From the NCBI GenBank assembly GCA_015494595.1, contig WGAX01000183.1:1-42878 (forward strand): a stretch of 42,878 nucleotides of DNA, written 5' to 3'. Positions within the stretch are counted from its first letter, which is position 1, and every line of letters begins with the position of its first letter. This document shows, one piece after another, positions 29,656 to 39,635 of this stretch. Source of the stretch: Nitratiruptor sp. Its GTDB lineage: Bacteria > Campylobacterota > Campylobacteria > Campylobacterales > Nitratiruptoraceae. The notes under the pieces are model-generated. The model was not told the origin of the DNA. It worked only from the letters and a program-made list of their open reading frames with translations, and searched no databases. Made by a program: the position numbers and the translations under genes.

Positions 29656-30957
29656 TTAATACAAACCAAAAATCTCAAACTGAATATACCATAAAACAAC
29701 TGATAAAATATAGCCAGCAAGCACTGTCCATGCATACTTCATATGGGATCCAAAAGTGTAAATCCCTCGAAGTCTTCCCATTACGCCAACTCCTGCTGCA
29801 CTACCAAAGCTAATGAGGCTTCCACCAATTCCAGCAGTCATAGTTACAAGCAGCCACTGATCAATTCCCATTGGAGGATTGGCTTTTAAGATTGCGCTCA
29901 TTACAGGCACATTGTCAATAATTGCAGAGATAAATCCAACACCAATATTACCTGCAGTGGGACCAATAATATCATAAAGCTTGACAATATACTCCAAATA
30001 TCCCATAAAATGCAAAGCTCCCACTGCACTTAAAATTCCAAAGAAAAAGAGGAGTGTATCATTTTCTACATTTTTCATATTTACATAGACGTCGAAATGA
30101 TCGCTTTTGTTTTTAAGCCTATGAATATAGGAGTACATCTTAAGCAAAGCCAAACCAAACATCATACCCCACATTGCGGGAAAATGAAAAAACTGGTGTC
30201 CAGTGACTGCTATAAATATGGTAAACACACCCAACCAAATCACCACTTTTGCTCCCGGTTTAAGCTCAGCCCTTGGCAAAGAAGCATCAAAATGGGGCTC
30301 CCCTTTTGGCACAAAAAAGGATAAGAGCCACGCAGTTAGTAGCCATCCTGCAATACTGGGTACAAAAAGATATAAAAAGTCTATAAACTCTCCCTTGCCA
30401 GCCGTCCAAGCCATAAGTGTAGTAATATCACCAAAAGGGCTCCAAGCACCCCCTGCATTGGCAGCTACAACAATATTGATAGCTCCTGGCACTAAAAACT
30501 GCGTCTTTGTTTTGTCTATGGTAAAAAGCACGGTGGAGAGAATCAGCGCAGTAGTAAGGTTATCGGCTACAGGTGAAATCCAAAACGCCAAAGCTCCTGT
30601 AATCCAAAAGAGCTTTTTATAGCTATAACCTCTTGAGGTAAGCCTATATTTAAGCACATCAAACACTTGTCGCTCAATCAATGTCTCAATATAGGTCATT
30701 GCCACAAATAAAAAGAAGAAGATCTCAGCAATCTCTAAAATGAGCTTCTCCATTTCACTATGGAGTGGATGAGGATCTAAATGGTTAATAGTGAAATAGA
30801 TCCCCAGCAACATAAACATCAATGTTCCAATAAGCAGGGCCGGCTTTGCCTTATTCATATGGAACTTCTCTTCAGCAGCTATGAAATAGTAGCCTACAAC
30901 AAAAATGATAAGGTTCAAATACCCTATCCAGGTATGGGTCAATTCTACTCCATGCAT
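29656..30957 (-). CDS. nhaD: Na+/H+ antiporter NhaD
   Basis: SPVADNLTTAL, ANAGGAWSPFGDITT, SAIIDNVP and GSAAGV. Confidence 0.92.
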   Translation of the reverse strand: MHGVELTHTWIGYLNLIIFVVGYYFIAAEEKFHMNKAKPALLIGTLMFMLLGIYFTINHLDPHPLHSEMEKLILEIAEIFFFLFVAMTYIETLIERQVFDVLKYRLTSRGYSYKKLFWITGALAFWISPVADNLTTALILSTVLFTIDKTKTQFLVPGAINIVVAANAGGAWSPFGDITTLMAWTAGKGEFIDFLYLFVPSIAGWLLTAWLLSFFVPKGEPHFDASLPRAELKPGAKVVIWLGVFTIFIAVTGHQFFHFPAMWGMMFGLALLKMYSYIHRLKNKSDHFDVYVNMKNVENDTLLFFFGILSAVGALHFMGYLEYIVKLYDIIGPTAGNIGVGFISAIIDNVPVMSAILKANPPMGIDQWLLVTMTAGIGGSLISFGSAAGVGVMGRLRGIYTFGSHMKYAWTVLAGYILSVVLWYIQFEIFGLY

Positions 30958-32406
30958 TTAAACTCCTCCCTCTTCTTCGATATAGTGCGCGCCTACACTC
31001 TTTTTTCTTGCAATAGCAGCTTCTATTATCGCTAATGCGCTTGCCAGTCTTAAGCGTAAAAGATAGCCTATTGGTTTATTGGCTATTTGGGTTACAATAT
31101 CTTTTGCCTCTTGCAGCTCTGAGGGCTTGCGAATAATACCAACCTTTTCCCACATCGTTTTTCTTAGCAACGATTTGAACTTTGCATCTTCGCTTTTTAC
31201 CAACTGCCTTTTTTCAATGGCAAACTCTTTTGGTGTATAAGAAAACTCATTTATTAAACTATCCTCAACAGCCCTTTTGGAAAAGACCAATCCTTCTAAC
31301 AAGGAGTTACTTGCTAGTCTATTGGCACCATGCACACCCGTACAAGCTACTTCACCAATAGCATAGAGATTTTGCATACCCTCAACTCTGCCCCAAGTAT
31401 CTGTGGCGATTCCGCCCATAATAAAGTGAAACGCAGGAGAAATTGGCACCTGCTCTTTTGGAACATTAAAACCAAGATTTTGAAAATTGCGATAGATTGT
31501 GGGAAAGCGCTTTTTGAAAAACTCCTCATTAAAAGCACTAAAATTAAGATAGACTTTATGCCCTTTTTTTTGGTGGCGATAGATTGCACGGCTCACAATA
31601 TCTCTAGGTGCTAACTCTCCTCTTGGATCATATTCAAACAAGAAGCGCTCTCCTCTCTCATCCACTACCGTAGCCCCTTCACCTCTTAAAGCCTCTGTTA
31701 AAAGATATTTTCTTGCTCTTGTATTGTAAACAAAAACAGTGGGATGAAACTGAGTAAATTCCATATCCTTTAAAGGAAGCCCTCTCATTGCAGCTATACC
31801 TTGCAAATCTGCACTTATCATCTTTGCGTTGGTATGATACTCATACAGCGAGCCAATTCCCCCACTTGCAATAGAGATATTTTTAGCATAGATCGTAAAC
31901 TCTCTAGCTCCTTGACGCACACACACCCCATAGGCTATATCATCTTCTATAAGCAAATCTATAACTACCACACCCTCTAATACTGTAGCTTCCGTCTGCT
32001 GCAACAAAAAGCGGTGCAGCTCTCTGCCCGTAGCATCTCCTCCTGCATGCAGTATTCTAGCGCGTGAGTGTGCAGCCTCCTTAGTAAAGAGCAGATTACC
32101 CTTCTCATCTGTATCAAACTCAAAGCCTCTAGCCAAAAGATCCTCTATAACAGCTATGGAGTTACGGCTGAGGATTTCAACCGCTTCCCTATTACAAAGC
32201 CCAGCACCAGCTTTTAGAGTATCTTCTATATGCAAAGCTACATCATCACTATCTACAGCCGTAGCAATACCTCCTTGTGCATAGAAGGTATTACACTCCC
32301 ATAGAGGATCTTTTGCAAGAATAAGAGTTTTTTTATTGGAAGGGATATTCAAAGCAGCATAGAGTCCTGCAATCCCTGCCCCCACAATCAGATAATCATA
32401 GATCAT
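30958..32406 (-). CDS. nadB: L-aspartate oxidase
   Basis: GAGIAG, YAQGGIA, EAAHSRARILHAGGDATG, QFHPT and HGANRLASNSLLE. Confidence 0.95.
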   Translation of the reverse strand: MIYDYLIVGAGIAGLYAALNIPSNKKTLILAKDPLWECNTFYAQGGIATAVDSDDVALHIEDTLKAGAGLCNREAVEILSRNSIAVIEDLLARGFEFDTDEKGNLLFTKEAAHSRARILHAGGDATGRELHRFLLQQTEATVLEGVVVIDLLIEDDIAYGVCVRQGAREFTIYAKNISIASGGIGSLYEYHTNAKMISADLQGIAAMRGLPLKDMEFTQFHPTVFVYNTRARKYLLTEALRGEGATVVDERGERFLFEYDPRGELAPRDIVSRAIYRHQKKGHKVYLNFSAFNEEFFKKRFPTIYRNFQNLGFNVPKEQVPISPAFHFIMGGIATDTWGRVEGMQNLYAIGEVACTGVHGANRLASNSLLEGLVFSKRAVEDSLINEFSYTPKEFAIEKRQLVKSEDAKFKSLLRKTMWEKVGIIRKPSELQEAKDIVTQIANKPIGYLLRLRLASALAIIEAAIARKKSVGAHYIEEEGGV

Positions 32407-32525
32407 TTTTGTATCTCTTGCTTTGAGGGGTAATAGGGATCTGCTTTATACCCGCATCCTGCCATAGCTACCAAAAAAAGTGCTATAATAACTATATGAA
32501 AAATCCTACAACAATTTTTAAACAT
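32403..32525 (-). CDS. small lipoprotein (40 aa), LptM/YifL-like motif
   Basis: Below the track cutoff. Translates as MFKNCCRIFHIVIIALFLVAMAGCGYKADPYYPSKQEIQK with lipobox MAGC. Its stop overlaps the nadB start (ATGA). Confidence 0.7.
   Translation of the reverse strand: MFKNCCRIFHIVIIALFLVAMAGCGYKADPYYPSKQEIQK
32481..32489 (+). promoter_or_regulatory. extended -10 promoter (probable leaderless transcript)
   Basis: TGCTATAAT with 6 nt between it and the ATG at 32496. Confidence 0.75.
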
Positions 32526-32945
32526 CTCTATTCCCATCATCCCAAATTTTGGCAAAGTCGCTGTTTTCGCAAAATCTTATCACTTCTACCACCCCGCTTC
32601 AAAGATCATATTCTCTATCTCTATCAAAAAAATGGCACACTCTACTTTGTTTTTAACCATCCGGCCTTTGCAATGGAGTTCAATTATAATAAAAAACCTA
32701 TAAATGACATATTAAAACTGGCTAAAGAGAAGATTGAGGAGTGTCAAATACTCACTTTTACACATATCAAAGGTTATCATAAATTTGTAGCGCCACAAGA
32801 GCCTTACTCACCCCCACCCCTTCAACAATATAAAGAGCAAGCGCAAGGGGAGTTTACAATCTATACTACCGATGAAAAACTCTCTACCCTTTTAGCCCAC
32901 ATCAAAGATCAGATCAAAAAAAATGCCTCTTCTGCAAACAATTAA
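32496..32945 (+). CDS. hypothetical protein, possibly DciA (DUF721)-like
   Basis: KNGTLYFVFNHPAFAMEFNY resembles the DUF721 core. Overlaps the uvrC start. Confidence 0.55.
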   Translation: MKNPTTIFKHLYSHHPKFWQSRCFRKILSLLPPRFKDHILYLYQKNGTLYFVFNHPAFAMEFNYNKKPINDILKLAKEKIEECQILTFTHIKGYHKFVAPQEPYSPPPLQQYKEQAQGEFTIYTTDEKLSTLLAHIKDQIKKNASSANN

Positions 32946-34722
32946 AAACCTCCCAGATAAACCGGGCGTTTATCAATATTTTGACAAGGAGGGAAAGCTC
33001 CTTTATATTGGCAAGGCAAAGAGTCTTAAAAAGCGCATTAAGAGCTACTTTCGTCTCAACCCTCTCTCACCAGCTTTAAATCTTTCTCCCCGCATCGCTA
33101 AAATGCTCAAAGAGACTGCAAATATTGAATATATCCTCGTAGAAAATGAGAATGATGCACTCATTTTAGAAAACTCTCTTATTAAACAGCTTAAACCAAA
33201 ATATAATATTTTACTTCGCGATGATAAAACCTATCCCTATATCTATGTAGATTTTAACGAGGAATTTCCACGCATTAAATTAACAAGAAAAGTGATACAA
33301 GGTACAAATATTAAATACTTTGGTCCGTTTCCAAACGCTGCTAAAGAGATTGTTGATAGCATATATGAGCTTTTTCCCCTCGTACAAAAAGAGTCCTGCA
33401 TAAAAGGCAAAAAGGCTTGCCTCTTCTACCAGATCAAAAGGTGCCTTGCCCCTTGTGAGGGAAAAGTTACCAAAGAGGAGTATCATACAATCCTTCATCA
33501 AGCTCTCAAGCACATCTATAATAAAGAGCTTCTTATTGCAAAATTACAAGAAAAAATGCACCACTTAGCCCAGCAGTTGCGCTTTGAAGAGGCTGCTAAG
33601 ATACGCGATCGTATTAAAAAAATCGACTCCATACAGATCCAAAGTCAGATCGATTTAGTAAAAATGGAGGATCTCGATATTTTTGCAATCGCTTCCTCTC
33701 CTAACAAAGTAGCAGTTGTCAAAATGTTTATGCGCGAGGGAAAAGTAGTAGCTAGCAGTAGTGAGAGCTTCTTCATTGACAGCAAAAGAGGATTTGACAA
33801 AGATGAGGCGTATAAGCGTCTGCTTTTAGAATTTTATACCCACGAGAGTCCCATTAGTCCTTCTCAAATTTTGGTAGCTCACGATTTTACAGATAGGGAG
33901 GAGATTGAGCGGTTTCTTACGCAAACTAAAGGCAAAAAATGTACAATTCTTGCTCCTCAAAAGGGTAAAAAATATAAACTGACACAACTAGCACTTCTTA
34001 ATGCCAAGGAGATTATACGGCAGCAAAGAGATGAGCCCCTCATACAACATAAGCTCCAAGAGCTCTTAGGCTTAGCAGCCCCACCCTACCGCATTGAAGT
34101 CTTTGATACCTCTCATCTGCATCAGAGCACTCCTGTAGGAGCAATGATTGTATATAATCAACACAGTTTTGATAAGCAGCACTATCGCCACTATAACCTT
34201 ACAAGCCTTGATGAGTATTCCCAAATGCGGGAAATATTGACAAGAAGAGCGCAAAGCTTTGCTACCAATCCTCCTCCTGATATGTGGCTTATTGATGGAG
34301 GAGAGAGTGTAAGAGTATTGGCTAAAAATATTTTACAAAGTGTTGGAGTCGATATTGATGTGGTAGCCATAGCAAAAGAGAAAATTGATACAAAAGCAAA
34401 ACGCTCTAAAGGGAGTGCAAAAGATATACTTTATTGCCAAAAAGGTAAAATTACGCTTCTATCAACCGATAAAAGATTACAGTTCTTACAAAGATTACGG
34501 GATGAAGCACACAGGTTTGCTCTTATGTACCAACGAAAGCAGCGGGAAAAAAGGGCAAAAGAGATAGAGCTTTTGGCAGTAAAAGGGATTGGAAAAGCAA
34601 AGATGAAAAGGCTTTTAGACTACTTTGGAAGCTTTGAGAATATTAAAAAGGCATCTGTAGATGAGTTGAGTTTGGTACTCAATCCAAAGGATGCCTTAGA
34701 GCTCAAAAAGAGGCTTAATTAA
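32923..34722 (+). CDS. uvrC: excinuclease ABC subunit C
   Basis: GIY-YIG domain (PGVY...YIGKAK), FEEAAKIRD, RIEVFDTSH, LIDGG, RDEAHRFA and HhH. Confidence 0.97.
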   Translation: MPLLQTIKNLPDKPGVYQYFDKEGKLLYIGKAKSLKKRIKSYFRLNPLSPALNLSPRIAKMLKETANIEYILVENENDALILENSLIKQLKPKYNILLRDDKTYPYIYVDFNEEFPRIKLTRKVIQGTNIKYFGPFPNAAKEIVDSIYELFPLVQKESCIKGKKACLFYQIKRCLAPCEGKVTKEEYHTILHQALKHIYNKELLIAKLQEKMHHLAQQLRFEEAAKIRDRIKKIDSIQIQSQIDLVKMEDLDIFAIASSPNKVAVVKMFMREGKVVASSSESFFIDSKRGFDKDEAYKRLLLEFYTHESPISPSQILVAHDFTDREEIERFLTQTKGKKCTILAPQKGKKYKLTQLALLNAKEIIRQQRDEPLIQHKLQELLGLAAPPYRIEVFDTSHLHQSTPVGAMIVYNQHSFDKQHYRHYNLTSLDEYSQMREILTRRAQSFATNPPPDMWLIDGGESVRVLAKNILQSVGVDIDVVAIAKEKIDTKAKRSKGSAKDILYCQKGKITLLSTDKRLQFLQRLRDEAHRFALMYQRKQREKRAKEIELLAVKGIGKAKMKRLLDYFGSFENIKKASVDELSLVLNPKDALELKKRLN

Positions 34723-34767
34723 TGCTATTTTTCGCTTTTTTATGCCATAATTAAGTAAAAATGATAG

Positions 34768-36150
34768 GTGGGATTTGCATTGATACTCTATAATGCACAC
34801 AAAAAGCTTATTGCTATCAATGAGCAGACCTTGGAGATGTTAGGGTACTCCTCACCTGAAGAGTTTACAAAAGAGGTAACAGATGTAGCCCAGTTTTTTG
34901 TCAAAAAAGCAGGATATATCTACCAATTTACAAGCTTTCACTGGATCGATTACATCCTTACAAACAACGCAGTCACCCACAGAGCTCTTCTCCAGACAAA
35001 AAGTGGCAAAGTGTTGGAAGTTTTTGTCAAGGTTAACCAACTTACAGGCTGTGTGAATCCTACTCTTTACTATCTTGTTACATTTGAGCTCAATACTTTT
35101 AATGAGTGCCTTGCAATACTAGCGCAGTCGCAGCATACAGTACAAAATAAAAAAATCCCTATAGAAAAAAAGGAGTTTCCTCCTTTGGAGCTTGAAGAGA
35201 TTGCTCACGATCTCAATCTTGACCAAGAGATTGTCATAGATTTTATCAAAGAGTATATCGCTCAAGCAGTAGAGAAGCTAGATGAAATAAACAAATACCT
35301 TAAAAGCAATAATATCAAAAGCCTTTACAATACGATTCATACGCTCAAAGGCGTTGCTGCCAACCTTCGCCTGCAACCAGCCTTTGAGATTCTCTCACGC
35401 GCTAAAAAAGATTTAGAGGCACAAAAGTTTATAGAAATTTTACAAGAGTACTATAGCTACATCCTCTTTTTAGCAGACACTTTCCAAGTCTCTATCGACA
35501 AAGAGATTGTCCTATATACTCCTCTTTATACCCCTCCACAAGAGGCTCCTACTACAACACAAATTCCTGCAAAAGAGCAAAAAGGCTTTGCCATTAATGA
35601 AGCTGCCAAGGAGTTGGGACTCTCCTTGAATGAGTATCAAGAGTATCTAAGAGAGCTCATTAATGAAATTAAACTCAATTTAGCATATAATAACTATAGT
35701 GAATTGCATAAGCTGGCCTCTTTTGCACGCAATCTCTATCTGCAAGAGTGTGCCAAATATTTAGATCAAGTTAATATCAATCAAAATCCAGATCTAGTAA
35801 AAAAATGCATTACAGATCTTGAAGAGCTTAAAAAGGAGCCAAACCCTTTTATTGTGACAGTAGATGATCTAAAAGATTCGCTAGATCTGACTCAAATTAG
35901 TAAAGATGACTTTAAAGAGATTATAGAGGATTTTATCATTGAACTTAAAACCTTGAATAATATTAAAATGAGTAAAGAGAAGTTTTTGAAAAAGGCAAAG
36001 CAGCTCAAAAGCGTAGCAGAGAGTTTAAGACTTAGCAATTTAGTTTTATTGCTCAATAATATCATATCCAATTATCCTATGGACAATTTCTTAAGTAAGC
36101 AGCTGCAAGAGGCTATAGGCTCTTTAGAATCTAGCCTAAAACAACTATAA
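34768..36150 (+). CDS. PAS-like + tandem Hpt domain protein
   Basis: N-terminal INEQTLEMLGY PAS-like motif, IHTLKGVAANL Hpt and two further Hpt-like repeats. TGCCATAAT promoter at 34743-34751. Confidence 0.75.
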   Translation: MGFALILYNAHKKLIAINEQTLEMLGYSSPEEFTKEVTDVAQFFVKKAGYIYQFTSFHWIDYILTNNAVTHRALLQTKSGKVLEVFVKVNQLTGCVNPTLYYLVTFELNTFNECLAILAQSQHTVQNKKIPIEKKEFPPLELEEIAHDLNLDQEIVIDFIKEYIAQAVEKLDEINKYLKSNNIKSLYNTIHTLKGVAANLRLQPAFEILSRAKKDLEAQKFIEILQEYYSYILFLADTFQVSIDKEIVLYTPLYTPPQEAPTTTQIPAKEQKGFAINEAAKELGLSLNEYQEYLRELINEIKLNLAYNNYSELHKLASFARNLYLQECAKYLDQVNINQNPDLVKKCITDLEELKKEPNPFIVTVDDLKDSLDLTQISKDDFKEIIEDFIIELKTLNNIKMSKEKFLKKAKQLKSVAESLRLSNLVLLLNNIISNYPMDNFLSKQLQEAIGSLESSLKQL

Positions 36151-36162
36151 AGGGTATACGCA

Positions 36163-39100
36163 ATGGCACTTGGAATGAAAAATAGGCTAAAAATAGTTAC
36201 ACTTTTGCCTATTCTGCTCCTCTTTTTTGTCTCCTCCTTTTTTTTATGGTATTTTGCCACTACCTATCTCAATAATAAAAAGACGCAGCAAAATCTTCTC
36301 AGCGCAAAAATCTTAACAGATATTTTATATGAAAGTGCAAAGGAGCGAAGTGTAGTAGCTCGTTACCTTGCCAACAGAGCCGCTCCAAAAGATTTGCGAG
36401 CACAATTTACAAAAACTGACAAGATTATAGCTAAATTTAAGCAACTACCTCAAAGTAGTCAATATGTACAGCTTCTCAATACATTAAGCCTCATCAAAAT
36501 AGCAAGGAAAAAAACACTCCAACATAGCGACACCTTTCGCTCTATCTTTTTTGGCCTCTACACCAATAGCATCAACTCTACCCTTTTAGAGCACATCCAA
36601 AAAATTATAGAAAATCTACCCAATAAAAAACTATGGCAAGATGGATATTTATACAATCTTTTTGTCTATAGCTTAGAATATACAACACTAGAGGAGGCAT
36701 ACCTTAGCTACTGCTCCACTCTTGCCCAAACAAACAGAGAGTGCAAAACCCTTGAGCTCTCACTTATCCCAAAGGCTGATGCTTTCTTAAATTTTTCCAA
36801 ACTTGATCCTGCAATTGCTGCTCAACTCTCTATGCTCATTCAAAAGAGCCATTTTGAAAAACTCTACAAAGAGCTCAAAGCTCTTAGAGTCTCCTTTTTA
36901 GCTCATAACAATTTACCTCTTCAAAAATGGAGACAAATCAATACTCAAAAAAGCGCTTCTTTGTATAATTTCATAAAAGACAGCTATATATGGTTGGAGG
37001 GTGATGTAGCAAAAGAGCTCCAATTCTCCTTTACTGCACTGCTCTTTAGCCTGCTCATTTGGATTTTGTCTGTTATACTCTTTATCTATAGCTACCTCTT
37101 CTCTAGAGATTTCTCCTATAATTTGGAAAAATTAGAAAATCTTTTGAAAAAAGTAGCACTCTCTGATGACATTATCAAAGCAAAAGGCTCTCTTGCTCAA
37201 GAGATTAACCTTGATACCATTGAAGGGATCGACAAAGCCTATGAGCTATTAGATTTAGCTCTTAAACGCACAGAAGATGCCAAAGAGGCTGCAGAAGAGG
37301 CAAACAAAGCCAAAAGTATGTTTTTGGCAAATATGAGCCACGAAATTCGTACCCCTCTTAATGGTATTATGGGATTTACCGAGCTTTTAAAAAATACGCC
37401 TCTTAATGAGGAGCAAAAAGATTTTGTCAATATTATAGAAAAAAGCTCCCAAAATCTTTTGGAGATTATTAATAATATTCTTGATTTTGCAAAAATTGAG
37501 AGTAAAAAGATTGAGCTAGAGAGCGTTGTTTTTGAGCCAATTACAGAGTTTGAAAATGCTGTAGAGGTCTATGCACCAAAAGCAGCAGAGAAAAATATTG
37601 ATCTTGCATTTTTTGTAGATCCAAACCTAGAGCGTCCTTTAAAAGGGGATCCTACTAAAATAAAAGAGGTACTTATTAATCTCATTAGCAATGCAGTCAA
37701 ATTTACACCAAAAGGTGGTGAAATTGCAGTAGAAATTAGAAAGATTGGCGAAAAGGATGCTTATGCCATTATCCAATTTGAGGTACGAGATACAGGCATT
37801 GGTATTCCAAAAGATAAAAGAGACAAGATCTTTGAAGCATTTTCTCAAGCAGATCTCTCCGTTACCCGAAAATATGGGGGTACAGGACTTGGACTCACAA
37901 TCTCAAGCGAATTTATCAAACTTATGGGAGGAGAGTTAAAAATAGAGAGTGAAGAGGGGAAAGGGAGCCGTTTCTACTTTACTCTGGAATTAGAAGAGAT
38001 TCCAATCCTGCAAGAATCGCTCAAAGATAAATTCTCAAGTCTTAAAATTGCCTTTTATGCTTCCAAAGAGCATCCCAAAACACAAAATCGCTATATTGAA
38101 GAGTATATGCGCTACTTTGGTGTGCAGTTTGTCGTCAATGAAGATCTTAAAGAGATTATAGCCCAGCAAAGCAGTATCAATTTTGCCCTTTTGGATTTTG
38201 ACTATATTAAAGAGAGCGCTATTAAAAACTTCTACCTTAATAAAATCCCTGTAGCCCTCATAGCAAAAGTAACCTACAAAAAGCGTATTGAAGAGTTTGC
38301 AGGTAAAATTATGAAGATCGTTTATGAGCCTGCGAACTTCTCAAAACTCAAACAGCTCCTAGAGTACTACCTGCAAAATAGCAAATCTTTACATAAAAAG
38401 AGTGAAATTCTTGCAAGCACAGGAGCAATCAAATTCAATGCTAAAGCTTTAGTAGCAGAGGATAATATTATCAATCAAAAACTTATCAAAAAGACACTAG
38501 AGGATTTTGGACTAACAGTTGATTTAGCAGACAATGGAGAGGAAGCTATAGAGAAGTTCAAAAAGAATCAGTATGACATTATCTTTATGGATATTCAAAT
38601 GCCTATAAAAGATGGGGTAGAAGCTCTCCAAGAGATACATCTGTATGAAAAAGAGATGCACCTTATCCCAACCCCCATCATCGCCCTTACTGCCCACGCT
38701 CTTAAAGGAGATAGAGAGCGTTTTATGAAAAAGGGGTTTGATGAGTATATTACAAAACCAATAAATCGCAAAGATATAGAGACAATTCTCAAAGCCTTCC
38801 TCCCCGACAAAAAATATATTCCAACACTGCAAGAGCTAACCAAAGAGGAGGAGTCCTCTCCTGAAGAGGAGCACCGAGATGATGGTTATGACTATGATAT
38901 TTTACTTCTTAAAAAGAGTCCTCTAGAAGCCAAACTCTTTGCCAATGTACTAAAATCCTTAGGGTATAGTGTAGATATGGCATTGGATTTAGAAGATTTT
39001 GTCACACGCATAAAAAATAAGCGCTATAGAGTCGCCTTTATCGATAAAGAGAGTGATGAATACAATTTTCATATTATCCAAAAACTCAAAAATAGTGCTC

Positions 39101-39261
39101 CGCACACAAAATTTGTTCTGCTTGTTGAGCCAAGTTTTGATATGAAAAAGATTGCAACTATTGAAAAGAGCTTCTTTGATGATATTCTACGCAATATTAT
39201 CAAAAAGGACTTTTTCAAAGAGGAGCTTGATAAACTTATGAAAGAAGAGGTAAATGAATGA
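36163..39261 (+). CDS. hybrid sensor histidine kinase/response regulator with NIT-like periplasmic domain
   Basis: Two TMs, [16 protein letters not shown]-box, N/G1/F/G2 boxes and a REC domain (AEDN, FMDIQMP, ALTAH, KP). Confidence 0.93.
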   Translation: MALGMKNRLKIVTLLPILLLFFVSSFFLWYFATTYLNNKKTQQNLLSAKILTDILYESAKERSVVARYLANRAAPKDLRAQFTKTDKIIAKFKQLPQSSQYVQLLNTLSLIKIARKKTLQHSDTFRSIFFGLYTNSINSTLLEHIQKIIENLPNKKLWQDGYLYNLFVYSLEYTTLEEAYLSYCSTLAQTNRECKTLELSLIPKADAFLNFSKLDPAIAAQLSMLIQKSHFEKLYKELKALRVSFLAHNNLPLQKWRQINTQKSASLYNFIKDSYIWLEGDVAKELQFSFTALLFSLLIWILSVILFIYSYLFSRDFSYNLEKLENLLKKVALSDDIIKAKGSLAQEINLDTIEGIDKAYELLDLALKRTEDAKEAAEEANKAKSMFLANMSHEIRTPLNGIMGFTELLKNTPLNEEQKDFVNIIEKSSQNLLEIINNILDFAKIESKKIELESVVFEPITEFENAVEVYAPKAAEKNIDLAFFVDPNLERPLKGDPTKIKEVLINLISNAVKFTPKGGEIAVEIRKIGEKDAYAIIQFEVRDTGIGIPKDKRDKIFEAFSQADLSVTRKYGGTGLGLTISSEFIKLMGGELKIESEEGKGSRFYFTLELEEIPILQESLKDKFSSLKIAFYASKEHPKTQNRYIEEYMRYFGVQFVVNEDLKEIIAQQSSINFALLDFDYIKESAIKNFYLNKIPVALIAKVTYKKRIEEFAGKIMKIVYEPANFSKLKQLLEYYLQNSKSLHKKSEILASTGAIKFNAKALVAEDNIINQKLIKKTLEDFGLTVDLADNGEEAIEKFKKNQYDIIFMDIQMPIKDGVEALQEIHLYEKEMHLIPTPIIALTAHALKGDRERFMKKGFDEYITKPINRKDIETILKAFLPDKKYIPTLQELTKEEESSPEEEHRDDGYDYDILLLKKSPLEAKLFANVLKSLGYSVDMALDLEDFVTRIKNKRYRVAFIDKESDEYNFHIIQKLKNSAPHTKFVLLVEPSFDMKKIATIEKSFFDDILRNIIKKDFFKEELDKLMKEEVNE

Positions 39262-39635
39262 AGCAGTTGAAGATTCTCTTAGTAGACGATGATGCAATTA
39301 CACGCAAACTTCTTATAACAATGCTTAAGCAAAATCCAAATGTCTACGAAACCCTCGAAGCTCAAGATGGGCAAGAGGCATTAGAGATTCTCAATAAAAA
39401 CAGAGATATAGATTTTGTTCTTTTAGACATTATTATGCCAGGGCGTGATGGTATTGAAGTATTGGAGTATATGCGAAAAGATCCCCGTTTTAAAAATATT
39501 CCTGTTATTGTACTAAGCACAGATGAGACACAAAAAACAAGAGCTATTGATGCAGGTGCTAATGATTTTATCAATAAACCTATTGCAGAAAAAGAGCTTA
39601 CCTACAAAATAGAGAAGTACGGCTCTTTAGAGTAG
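39258..39635 (+). CDS. single-domain response regulator
   Basis: LLVDDD, LLDIIMP, VLST and INKP. Confidence 0.93.
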   Translation: MKQLKILLVDDDAITRKLLITMLKQNPNVYETLEAQDGQEALEILNKNRDIDFVLLDIIMPGRDGIEVLEYMRKDPRFKNIPVIVLSTDETQKTRAIDAGANDFINKPIAEKELTYKIEKYGSLE

